A stretch of DNA of 64,000 bases from contig OZ024742.1 in assembly GCA_964016885.1 (NCBI GenBank), positions 202,058,001 to 202,122,000 of the forward strand, in the 5' to 3' direction. The stretch's first letter is position 1. Each line of letters starts with the position of its first letter. Below are positions 26,863 through 38,553 of the stretch, piece by piece. Position numbers and translations under genes: made by a program. The notes under the pieces are model-generated. The model had not been told where the DNA came from. It did no database searches and worked only from the letters and a program-made list of their open reading frames with translations. The DNA comes from Eledone cirrhosa (lineage: Eukaryota).

Positions 26863-27375
26863 TAATATTAAATAAATGGAAACTATATTTATAAAACCAT
26901 ATTTATTCTATTATATATATTTCAAGGGTACCAAAACTTTGGTACCCTTTCATCAGATAAAATACGAAGTGTGTTTTATAAATTTTGACATAACCAAGAA
27001 AGATACCTTAACGGTTCAAGTTTTCCTATACATATGCTTGTATTTGAGAGTTTGTATGACGCTGCGTCTTCATATTCATATATTTTGAAGCAAGTAGTGT
27101 TAATTTTCTCGCATAAACCCGACTTGCCATTAGAAAAGATTATTTGGATATTGTCGTTCTGGTTATATTATGTTAAAATGAGGATTCATAAGGTTGTAGT
27201 AGCCTGTTCGGGTGCTGGTTGCTTACATATAGAAGAGAGGGTCAAGTCCGACAATTCTTGCATGGCGCAAAACTATGAATTACACTTAAACTTTAATGCA
27301 TCCAGAATAAAATATCCTAAATGTATTAAAGTTGGTCAATCTTAAAGATAGTCGAACCAAGTACACTATTTTATA
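26863..27375 (-). mobile_element. Family E-related pLTR fragment
   Basis: First ~110 bp match 43205-43320; flanked by TA-rich tracts. Confidence 0.7.
26904..26964 (-). ncRNA. Minimal type I hammerhead ribozyme (intact core)
   Basis: tattttat-CTGATGA-aagggtacc aaagtttt ggtaccctt-GAA-ATATATAT-A-atagaata. Confidence 0.88.
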
Positions 27376-27427
27376 TATATGTATGAGTGGGTGTGTATGG
27401 GTGTGTATGTGTGTATGTATGTGTACG

Positions 27428-27486
<59 letters not shown>

Positions 27487-27490
<4 letters not shown>

Positions 27491-27697
27491 CAAAGATGGT
27501 GCGGTAAAATACCAGATGCACTATAACACACCAGAGTACTCAATACTTAGGGTAGTAGAGTAGGTAATAGGAAAAGCGTCAGTACCCGGACGGTTGAGCT
27601 CCGCGCGTTTCGACAGCTAGATTGGAACGGATGTGTTCGGATCTAGTTGTTGGAACGGCCGGAGCTCAGGTGTCGGGCTCCTGACTCTTTTCCTCTA
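27487..27697. mobile_element. Family B fold-back pLTR fragment
   Basis: Long minus arm 27487-27623 and short diverged plus arm 27640-27697. Confidence 0.75.
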
Positions 27698-27743
27698 CAC
27701 AGACACATACACACACACAGAGCTTTCTCTGTTAATGTATTAA

Positions 27744-27875
<132 letters not shown>

Positions 27876-27974
27876 TTATAGAGGCCACTGGTTCACAGCC
27901 CTTAATTACGCTGTGACTTCTCTCTCCCACGTGTAGCCGGACGGTCGCTTTAAAAATTCTCTTAGTGTTGCCTT

Positions 27975-28053
27975 ACACACGCTGATGAACCGGGGTTATT
28001 TCATTTCTGTCAACAACTTACTGGCGAAACATCTTTTGGATTTGTACGTGTGT
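27975..28053 (+). ncRNA. Type I hammerhead ribozyme in an insert at ~27880-28305
   Basis: acacacg-CTGATGA-accgg...ctggc-GAAAca...tgTA-cgtgtgt; 7-bp perfect stem I. Confidence 0.82.
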
Positions 28054-28397
28054 TATATAGTTATGGAGGTATTTATTTACGCTTTAATTTATATTTTTAA
28101 TTATCGTGTCTATACTCTGCCTTTCATAGGTTATAGATTCCATACACTGGTGGTTTTTCCCTGTTTTATTGATAGCGCACTGTATCTCTCGCTAGTGTGT
28201 TACCTTTTCAACATATTGTATTTTAAAGAGCTCAGGATTTCCTCTACTTTGAGAACATTATTTACAGGGAATGACGAGGATCTATGGCTCCGTTAACGTA
28301 TCGTGATATATATATTTATATATATATATATATATGCATATATATATATGTGTGTATATATATACATATATATATATTTATTTATATATATATATAA

Positions 28398-28436
<39 letters not shown>

Positions 28437-28440
<4 letters not shown>

Positions 28441-28738
28441 TTATGGATAACGAGGAACCAGTGTTGCATCAAAAGACAATTTATTAACATAATATATATG
28501 TTTCTCTGGCGATCAACGCAAGTCAGAGTTAATTACAGATCGAACCTGACTCTGCATTCGCAAGGGCCTCATATATGTTTAGCGTCGGAGAAACATATGT
28601 AATATGTTAATAAATTGTGTTTTTGATGCATGACGGATTCCTCGATATCTATAATAATATACTCTGCTCTACTCGAGCATCGAGTGCTCGAAAGGCATAC
28701 CGCTTACGGACGCATTTATTGCAACCATACAATAACTA
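28437..28738. mobile_element. Fold-back element with HHR 3' half
   Basis: Arms ~28437-28511 / 28583-28658; GAA-ACATATGT-A; ACTC..GAGTGCT tail. Confidence 0.7.
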
Positions 28739-28753
28739 TATATATATACATAT

Positions 28754-28842
<89 letters not shown>

Positions 28843-29007
28843 ATATTGAGAAACACACAGATACATGCGGACACATACATATACATGAATATATCCACAT
28901 CCATCCTTGAGTTAATGGTGCCTACCTTAACCGATGTTGCTCTATGAATAACTGGGACAAACCAATCCGAATGGATTAGACTGAACCAGTATCAGAGCTA
29001 AAAGTAC

Positions 29008-29157
29008 ATTATGAAGAGAGAAGAAACATTTAGATATAATTAGTAATAAGATGTATCATACCTAAACTGCTTCTAGATTCCTAGTCGAGGAATCTAGAAG
29101 CAGTTTAGGTATGATACATCTTATTACTAATTATATCTAAATGTTACTTCTCTCTTC

Positions 29158-29162
<5 letters not shown>
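29008..29162. repeat. Near-perfect palindrome (75-bp arms, 5-bp spacer) abutting (TA)n
   Basis: 29008-29082 is the reverse complement of 29088-29162, 1 mismatch. Confidence 0.95.
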
Positions 29163-29227
<65 letters not shown>

Positions 29228-29256
29228 TATTAAAATAACAGATTAAAGTATATATA

Positions 29257-29465
29257 TAACAAAGGAATTGTGGTAAGGAACCAGATGGACAATAACGCAC
29301 CAGAGTACTCAATTCTTAGGGTAGTAGAGTGGGAAATAGGAAAAAGTATGAACCCACGGCAGAGCTCAAGCCGTTTCGATGGCTATTTCCGGACTATTTC
29401 TGCGTCCAGAAATAGCCGTCGAAACGGCTTGAGCTCTGCCGTCGGGGTCATATTTTTTTCTATGT
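29257..29465. mobile_element. Family B fold-back pLTR fragment
   Basis: Closely matches 20157-20295; inverted arms ~29337-29395 / 29404-29463. Confidence 0.85.
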
Positions 29466-29488
29466 ATATCTATATAATATAATATAAT

Positions 29489-29674
29489 ATAATTGTTTCT
29501 ACGTTAGGCACAAGGCCAGCAAATACCCAGTGTATTACTGGTACTTTATTTTATCGACCCCGTAAGGATTAAAGGCAAAGTTTACCTTGGCGGGATTTGA
29601 ACTCAGAATAGCAAGGGCCGTAACTCTATACGTCAAACATGGCGTCCGCCCCTCTACCAATACTGCCAATCCAC
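29489..29674 (-). mobile_element. tRNA-SINE
   Basis: Matches consensus. Confidence 0.9.
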
Positions 29675-29725
29675 ATTTTCCTATGTATATATATATATAT
29701 ATATATATAATATAATATAATATAA

Positions 29726-29896
29726 TATAATTGTTTCTACTTTTGGCACAAGACCAGCAATCCACCAGTACATTACTGGTACTTAATTTTATCGACCCCG
29801 AAGGCAAAGCTAACCTCGGCGGGATTTGAACTCAGATCATAAAGGGACGTAACTCTATGCTAGAAACCATGTCCGACCCTCTACCGATACTGCCAA
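29726..29896 (-). mobile_element. tRNA-SINE
   Basis: Matches consensus with a small deletion. Confidence 0.9.
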
Positions 29897-30298
29897 ATAA
29901 AATATAATATATATATAATAACACTTAAAGTATATTGATTTAGATAATTTAAGTCACCAGATAATAATATACGTAACATTTTACAAGGTGAAATAAGTGT
30001 TAATACAATGCAGACCACTAGAATATTCCTCTTCAAGACATGTAGTAGGCAGAGTAAGAGAATTGGGAAACAGATGAAACAGTATTCAAAGTACACAACA
30101 TGCATACAAATTGTTTTCATTCACAAATGCCAATTGGTCGTAGTTTTGTGGTGAATGCACACAAACAACAGATCAATGAATGTCATTACATGTCAAACAT
30201 TTCTATTACATACTAATAACCGTGTATGTGAACGTATATATGTTTAGATAGAATTATATATATATATATATGTGTGTGTGTATATATATATATATATG

Positions 30299-30329
<31 letters not shown>

Positions 30330-30334
<5 letters not shown>

Positions 30335-30432
30335 GATATATATATGTATATACGTAGATAGGCAGATATATATATGTATATACGTAGATAGACAGATATA
30401 TATATGTATATACGTAGATAGACAGATATATA
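30330..30432. repeat. 30-bp tandem repeat, ~3.4 copies
   Basis: agacagatatatatatgtatatacgtagat. Confidence 0.9.
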
Positions 30433-30935
30433 TGTTGTTTATATATATGTATAAATAAATATATTATATGCGTTTATATAAATGTATATGTATGTATATC
30501 TGCAAGTACATTGCGTTATACAAAAACAAGCGCAGAAGGGTAGACATTTCTATGGAACTAAGAAACAAGAAAAGCGGTGAAAGTGCAGGTGAGCAAACGT
30601 AGAAACGTATACAGTTACAGAGAACCAAACATACGTACATATACATAACATGTATATACATACAGAAAAACAAACATACTTACATATATGATATATTTAT
30701 ATATATCATATATCATATATATATATCATATAATATCATATATCATATATATATATATATATATACATATATAATATATGTGTGTACATATATATATACG
30801 TATATATCATATATATACATACAAACATACATATTTATATATATGTCATATACATATATATATATTATATTTATATATTTTCTCTATGAATATATGTGTT
30901 TATATATATATATATGTGTATGTATGTATATATAC

Positions 30936-30989
<54 letters not shown>

Positions 30990-31024
30990 TATATCATATA
31001 TATATGTGTATACACATATATATC

Positions 31025-31064
<40 letters not shown>

Positions 31065-31096
31065 ATATCATATACATATATATATATATATATCAT

Positions 31097-31157
<61 letters not shown>

Positions 31158-31264
31158 GTATATGTATATTATATATTTATATATTTTTCTATATATGTAT
31201 ATATGTGTTTATAACCCATGTGCAACGACGCAGTATTCGTTCTTCTCATGTTTATATATATATA

Positions 31265-31705
31265 TAGATATACGATATTAATAAATGGAAACAATATTTA
31301 TAAAACCATATTTATTTCATTATACATATTTCAGGGATACCAAATTAAATTATGGTATGCCTTCATCAGACAAAATACAATATATAACAGTTTTACAAAT
31401 TAGCTTTGACGTACCCTATTAAAATGCAACCATTATTTTTGGAAGCCATCCGGATAATGGTTGCATTTTAATAGGGTACGTCAAAGCTTATTTGTAAAAC
31501 TGTTATATATTGTATTTTGTCTGATGAAGGCATACCATAATTTAATTTGGTATCCCTGAAATATGTATAATGAAATAAATATGGTTTTATAAATATTGTT
31601 TCCATTTATTAATATCGTATATCTACTCCAAATACTTGTCGAGTGCTTTATATCAGTTATAAAAATATTTACTTGTTGTATCCCAACAATTTTAAATAGA
31701 ACTTT

Positions 31706-31710
<5 letters not shown>
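31265..31710. mobile_element. Family E fold-back pLTR element (172-bp arms)
   Basis: 31265-31436 is the reverse complement of 31454-31625 (1 mismatch seen); unique tail to 31710; (TA)n on both sides. Confidence 0.9.
31513..31577 (+). ncRNA. Minimal type I hammerhead ribozyme (mirror copy at 31313-31377, minus)
   Basis: tattttgt-CTGATGA-aggcatacca...tggtatccct-GAA-ATATGTAT-A-atgaaata. Confidence 0.85.
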
Positions 31711-31790
<80 letters not shown>

Positions 31791-31955
31791 ATATCCATAA
31801 GATACTAACATGAAATACATGCGGAAATAATGAATTCTTCAAATAATTATAAATATACATGAACTATTTTTATCTACACAATATACATGCACAAACAATT
31901 CGATACACATATATACATGTATATATCTGTATGTATGTGTGTGTATTTATACATA

Positions 31956-32039
<84 letters not shown>

Positions 32040-32061
32040 CACACACACACATATATATATA

Positions 32062-32479
32062 ATGTAGGAGGTGAGTTTTATTGTAGCACAATAAAGCAAT
32101 GCAAATATCGGATAAGAAGCACTCAACAGTTTATAGGACTGGAGTATAAATAATATAAGATCAAAAGATGGTTAAACGAGTTCCATGTATTTTATTATGC
32201 GCATTTCAAAAACAAATATCATCATGGGATGATATTTGCGTTCTCATCAGATAAAATATGGAGACATGATATGAAGCTTAAAAAACACTTACGAGCAGTG
32301 AAATGTTAAATCTACATATACGTAGATTTAACACTTCATTGCTCGCAAATTTTTTTAAAACTTCATATCATGTCTCCCTATTTTATCTGATGAGAACGCA
32401 AATATCATCCCATGATGATATTTGTTTTTGAAATGCGCATAATACAATACATGGAACTCTTTTAACCATATTTTGATCT

Positions 32480-32489
<10 letters not shown>
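32062..32489. mobile_element. Family F fold-back element with an HHR in both arms
   Basis: Arms ~32148-32315 / 32322-32489; unique tail 32062-32147. Confidence 0.88.
32379..32450 (+). ncRNA. Minimal type I hammerhead ribozyme (mirror copy at ~32197-32258, minus)
   Basis: tattttat-CTGATGA-gaacgcaaatatcatc ccat gatgatatttgttttt-GAA-ATGCGCAT-A-ata. Confidence 0.85.
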
Positions 32490-32544
<55 letters not shown>

Positions 32545-33299
32545 TATATAAATTTATTTACATCAGCAGTATTCGCCTGTCAGTTATTCCACTTGAAATT
32601 TTAACAGAATTCATTGTTCTTATAACTAAATATATTCTTTTTATTCAAATTAAAATACAATGGGCTACTATAGCCGGCATGTTATGGTCCAATGTTTCCC
32701 TTTGGTTTTTGTACAGCAAACGGCCGTCTATTTCAGCTCAATCTTTTATATAAAATATGCTATTTCTACAAATTTCAAAATTTCACAAAGCAGTAATGTG
32801 AAATGTTTAAATGATTGTGGCACTCTGATTTCAAATCTCGATGGAGTTCATTTTTAGATTCAATCTTTTATGGGTCTATATAATGTGGTTTCAGTATTTA
32901 ATCATTACTTAATTAAAAGGGTTACTTAATTAATTAAACGGGTTTGAATGATGTATTTGCAATGTCATATTTGATTTTCACAGAACCGGTAAGAAACATT
33001 TACATCCGGGTAAAAATATTCTCCATCTCTCTCTCTCTCACACACACACACACTCCTTCTCTCACTCTTACATCCTCTCCCTCTCTCGTTTGCAGAACTC
33101 TGATACCCACAGCTATATATCTATAAATATATATATTGATAGAGAGATAAATATACATAAACTATTTTTATTTACACAATATACATACACAAACATTTCG
33201 ATATATATCTGTATGTATGTGTGTGTATTTATATATATGTATATATACACACACACACATATATATATATATATAAATTTATTTATATCAGCAGTATAC

Positions 33300-33470
33300 G
33301 CCTACATCCCGCCCGTCCCCTTAATCTATTTTATTTCTCATTCTTTCTTCTAATGAAGGACTAGCGTCCGAAACGTTAAGACCTTCTTCCTCCTATATCA
33401 AGCGTTAACCTAATATATACCTTCCATATACTGTACCGAGTGTATTGTTATTTCTGTTAACCTTTTACAC
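33300..33470 (+). mobile_element. Family A pLTR fragment with HHR at 33346-33381 (CTAATGA variant)
   Basis: tctt-CTAATGA-aggactagcgtcc-GAAACGTT-aaga. Confidence 0.8.
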
Positions 33471-33597
33471 ACCTATATATATATATATACATGTATATAT
33501 GTGTGTATGTATGTATGTATGTATGTATGTATGTACCTATATAACTATATATATATATATGTGTGTGTGTGTATATATATATTTATATATATATACG

Positions 33598-33662
33598 TAT
33601 AAGGCGGTGCCCCAGCATGGTCTCAGCCCGTCGGTTGAAACATGTAAAACAGTAAAATAATA
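33598..33662 (+). mobile_element. 3' tail of a second SINE family
   Basis: gcggtgccccagcatgg...tgaaacatgtaaaa; degenerate relative at ~25020-25150 (minus). Confidence 0.5.
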
Positions 33663-34544
33663 AATGTGTATATGTGTGTCTGTGTGAGCGTATGTATGTG
33701 TGTTCAGACACGTGACTGAATTTACGCACATTTAAACACATTTCCATCATTTTATCACCTAAAATTATCCCACTCTCAGGTCTATTCTATTTTCCTCCTG
33801 CCCAATATATTTCACCTAGATAAATTATCAAGACTAATATTACAACCATCCTCTTTCCCTACAGTAATCAAAGGTTTTTTTCCTTATGTTCCACCCACAC
33901 ATATTGAATGGCTTCCAACAGCGGGTTTACATTATATATTGACAGTATGGCCCACAAAATTACGAACGCTCGCTGACTTCAAATGGTAAGATGCCATTTT
34001 AATGGCACCGAGAAGTTCAAAGCGTTATTATTTGCACTTCGTCTGGCAAAAACAATATGCGTAACAACAGATCTCAACATATTTACACACGGAAAATCGA
34101 AGAAATACGCCGTCGTGTCTAGCGAGAGATTTACACAGATAAAGACACACCAATAGATATACACATGAAAACCTTCTTATAGATAAACATTCACGCAGTG
34201 TTTGTAGTTAAGTAAAAGTTTGGTCCGACAAAGTGCAACTCATAAGAGAATACTTTTCTAGATCTCTATATAGACTCCCTACAGATATGTTTATTTTAAT
34301 GTATACACTCATACACGCATTCATATAAACATAGATACATACATTCATACATACATACACACATATACATACATACATACTTACATGCATATAGACATAC
34401 ATATTTATATACATACATAGATACATAAATTAATACAACTACGTACGTACGTACAATTATGTATATATGTATACAATTATGTACATATACATATAAACAT
34501 GCACATACATACATCCATATATATATATATGTATATGTATATAC

Positions 34545-34627
<83 letters not shown>

Positions 34628-35129
34628 CATATACATATATATATATATATGAATAGGGAACACACGCCACTACGCACACACTCGCAAACGCATGCTTGCG
34701 TGTGTACATATATACATACATGTATACATGCATTCATACATACATACACGTATACATGCATTCATACATACATACATACTTTACATACATACATGCATAT
34801 ATACATAGATCTAATGTTACATACACACATATATGTATCAAGAAGACATCTTAATATATAGAAAACTGTGACAAACCTATACTAAAGTGCACTTTACTAA
34901 TATCGGAGCCATAATCACAGTAAGAGATTGAGACGAAACGGTATTGTATAAGAAAAAATGTAGCAATGTGAATGTAGATTAGTCGAATGTTTATACAGTT
35001 CGCTACTTAATCTTAAAGTCCCAGTTTCAATCCTACTGGGAGGCAGAACCTCGTAGTTTCACCCATGGCTTGTGAGTCAAATTGAGTAGACGAAAGCTAT
35101 TCGGAATTTCATTAGATTTCCCACATTCT

Positions 35130-35495
35130 GTAGCGCTTAATCTCCCTAGGAATTACGTTACGTGTACACGTGCTTGTGGAAGGTTCAGCCACTTAGACGT
35201 TAATGTCATGAACCAGCTGTTCCATTGATGGAATAACTGGAACACTCATCGTTGAAACTGACAAAGGTCCATCCTATGAAACAATGAAGGCTTGATGGGA
35301 ATAATGTTGTGTTTGTGATCGTAAAGTCATGAATTCTGTGCCTCGGACCAATTGATGCGTTGTTACGCAATGTGTTATATTGAAGATCAATTCGAACTAC
35401 GTTAAGGGTACACGTCTATGTGAAATGCTCAGATAATTATACGTTAATTTCACTGTTCTGCTGATCACAAAACTGGAAAACTCATTGTCGGATCA
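35130..35495 (+). mobile_element. Two degenerate copies of another interspersed repeat (SINE-like)
   Basis: tacgttaagggtacacgtgtctgtggaatgctcagcca..cgttaatttca motif, also at 36820-36955 and 51920-52050. Confidence 0.65.
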
Positions 35496-36017
35496 CTTGT
35501 AATCCGTAAAACTATTACTAAATTCGGTGAGCTAATTTCAAATTTTGATGTAGTTTGTCGCATATAAAGCCTTTTATATTTTTATGGTTATTCTTATTGA
35601 ATAACCATCTAAGAGTGGGGAAAATTAGCAGGTTTGCGTGGTGAAGTTAATTTAGATATATAGGGTTCATTAGCAATCAAAAGATGGCGAACCACTACAC
35701 TGCATAGTCATGTTTGGAATCATTTTGGTAATACGTCTTCTATAAAAGGGTGTTAAATGCTGGTAGTTAAACATATACCTTCTAGAAAAAAGCCGAATTG
35801 GTACTAAAAATAACTACTGATATTTAATTAATAGAATTGGGCGGGGGTAACCATAAAAGGGAACTCCATGAGGATTTGAGATCTCGTTTTTCTGTTTCCT
35901 ATCCTGTTTGTATTGACATTTCAAGTGGTGAACTTTGACGTTTGATATACTGATGATGTTGAGGGGAACATTACATAGAGAGTATGTATACAAATTATAG
36001 AACTTAAAGACTCTCAC

Positions 36018-36062
36018 CTGTCGCAGCCAGACATTTGTTGTCATAATCTGATTTTTTTCATC
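36018..36062 (-). CDS. Internal 45-bp exon of a nicotinic acetylcholine receptor subunit (Cys-loop ligand-gated ion channel)
   Basis: Encodes DEKNQIMTTNVWLRQ; polypyrimidine tract + CAG acceptor and GTGAGA donor, phase 0/0; matches the conserved 45-nt exon of nAChR genes; paralog cannot be assigned. Confidence 0.95.
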
Positions 36063-36243
36063 CTGAAAAAACAAAAAAAGAAACATATTTATATTTAAAA
36101 TACAATTCATAACTTTTAAATCCCACAACTTTTAAATCCCACAAAAATGCACAAATGGTTAAAAAGGTCACTTCGCTATCATGGGATCCCTGATTTGAGA
36201 TTACTGCTTGGTATTTTTAGCCACTATTATTCACCCAATCCTT

Positions 36244-36462
36244 AGAGCGGTGGATTGGCAGAATCGGTAGAGTGTCGGACACCATGCGTAGCGGCATAGA
36301 GTTACGGACATTTACTTTGAGTTCAAATCCTGCCACGGTTAACTTTGTTTTTCATCCTTACAGGGTCGATGAAATAAAGCACCAGTAACGTACTGGAGTC
36401 GATTTAATCGACTTTCCCCTCCACCCAAATTACTGGCCTTGTGCCTATACTAGAAATCATTA
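36244..36462 (+). mobile_element. tRNA-SINE, full length
   Basis: A box TGGCAGAATCGG and B box GTTCAAATCC; attattcacccaatcctta / attatttacccaatcctta flanks look like a TSD. Confidence 0.92.
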
Positions 36463-38223
36463 TTTACCCAATCCTTATAAGGGAAAGCGATTAAACGGCA
36501 ATTGTATTGTTTGGAAGACCGTGGGAGGGATTATTACAGTAATTCAAAATGCCTTGCGAGACACTGTCACGCTGGTCCTGCCGTAGGACTATTTTAATGG
36601 AACACGTGTCTATAGGATACGCAGTCCATTTCATTATAATATAATACTGACCATACCTATGCTTTAACAATTCAGTGTTACCACACACTGTGTCCTGTAG
36701 TATCTCTACAAAAACTACGTTAAAAGTACACGTTCTGTGGCACACTCAGTCTTTATGACTATAAAACAAGATGGACTGGTTTTGTAATTAAAAAAGTCAG
36801 ATTTGTCATACTTCATCATGCTTAATCTCCTTGAGAACTACGTTAAGTGTACACGTGTCTGTGGAATGTCAGCCATGTACCCGTTACCTTTACAAGCAGA
36901 CTGTCGTGTTGATTGAATAACTACAACACTCAGCTTTAAAATCGTTGGAGGTCCATTCCATATCAATAACACAAATCTCGTCCCCTGCCTCTATACATTT
37001 TTCTTCCCTATCCTAATATCGATTCGTCATTAAGTTCCTATATTACAGTGGACCCCCAGAGGTCAGTACCAATACATTTACAACAGACTGGACTCTACTT
37101 AATCCAACTAAGCCCCCATGTAGTGGTGTTAAACTTGGCGGCGAATTAGAACTACCGCCAGCGAAATACAAACACAACACATCGAATTGACCACGGCAGG
37201 ATATTGACACAGAACATAAAGAGCCGGTATTAATACGACAATGCCTCTTCTTCAAAGCTTTAACTTTTCCGCCAATGATTCGTCCCTGAGTAGTATTATA
37301 TTTTAGCGACCCCGAAGGACAAGACTGAGCCTGGTGAAATTTAATCTAAGGACAGAACAAATCCAACGCAATTTTCTGTTCTAAACAAGGCAATTTTCTG
37401 TTCCAACACGCCGCACGAGATTCAATTTATTTCGGCGCAAGTTCATATTTCTTTTAGAAAGGCGGGGTGGAAAACTCGGTAAAGTATCCATCCATACATA
37501 CATGATGGCTGCCTCCTCGTTATCGAGTATAGCCATTGCACGATATAATATTATTAATATAACATTACCAATTAATGCTATCGTGCAATGCCTGTGCGTG
37601 AAGAATTTTTTAAAAGTGAGGAAAGACTGTGTACTGAGCCAATCCCACTCTCAGGGCGACAGTAGCTATAACCCGAAAAGAAGAAAAGATCAACAGCATC
37701 GGTAACTACTGAGATGCAGGTTTTATGCAGGAGTTATCCCAGCTTCCTGAGTTGTCTTCTCCTAGAAGAATGCCCTGTCAAAGGCTAGGGGTCCTTCACT
37801 CTCAGTGGTTTAACCGGGTGATCGGGTATCCAGCCCAATTATGTCTATGTACCCGCGCATATACATACATGTATACATATATACACATGTATATACATAT
37901 TGACACATTGTTGGATTGCTGTTGACTCTTATGAGTTCTTCCGCCCGTTGTCATACATACATACATACATACATACATACATACATACATACACATAGAC
38001 GTCCATCTATGTATGCATCCATCCAGCCATTCATACATACATCCGTACTTACATACCTACATACGCACCTGCATTCATACATACATATATACTTACATAC
38101 CCATATCCATCCATACAAACATACATACTTAAATATATACATACGTACATACTTAACATATATACATACATATGTACATTACGTACATATGATAAATACA
38201 TACACACATTCAAACATGCATAC

Positions 38224-38263
<40 letters not shown>

Positions 38264-38553
38264 GAGAGGTATAGAGATTGTTTTAGCAATATATATATAT
38301 ATATATATATAGCTGCATACGTTCTAACATATCACATTTCCATACTATCACTCCACACTCCACATCTCTCATCTCTTTATCTCCCTTCTTGGGGCCATTA
38401 ATGCGTAGATCTCGTCTATTATTCTGGATGTCAAAACACAATTCATTCAACCGAAAACTTTGCAATTAGATCCGAGCAGTGATACGATGTGTTCAGATTA
38501 GACTAAGATTATGTAAAATAGTTGCTCTAATATGTGGGTAGTGCTGACAGGGT

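Noticed and set aside
35814-36128. 104-aa ORF as a complete gene
   Set aside because: Only the 15 codons between the splice sites are nAChR-like; the rest is intron read-through.
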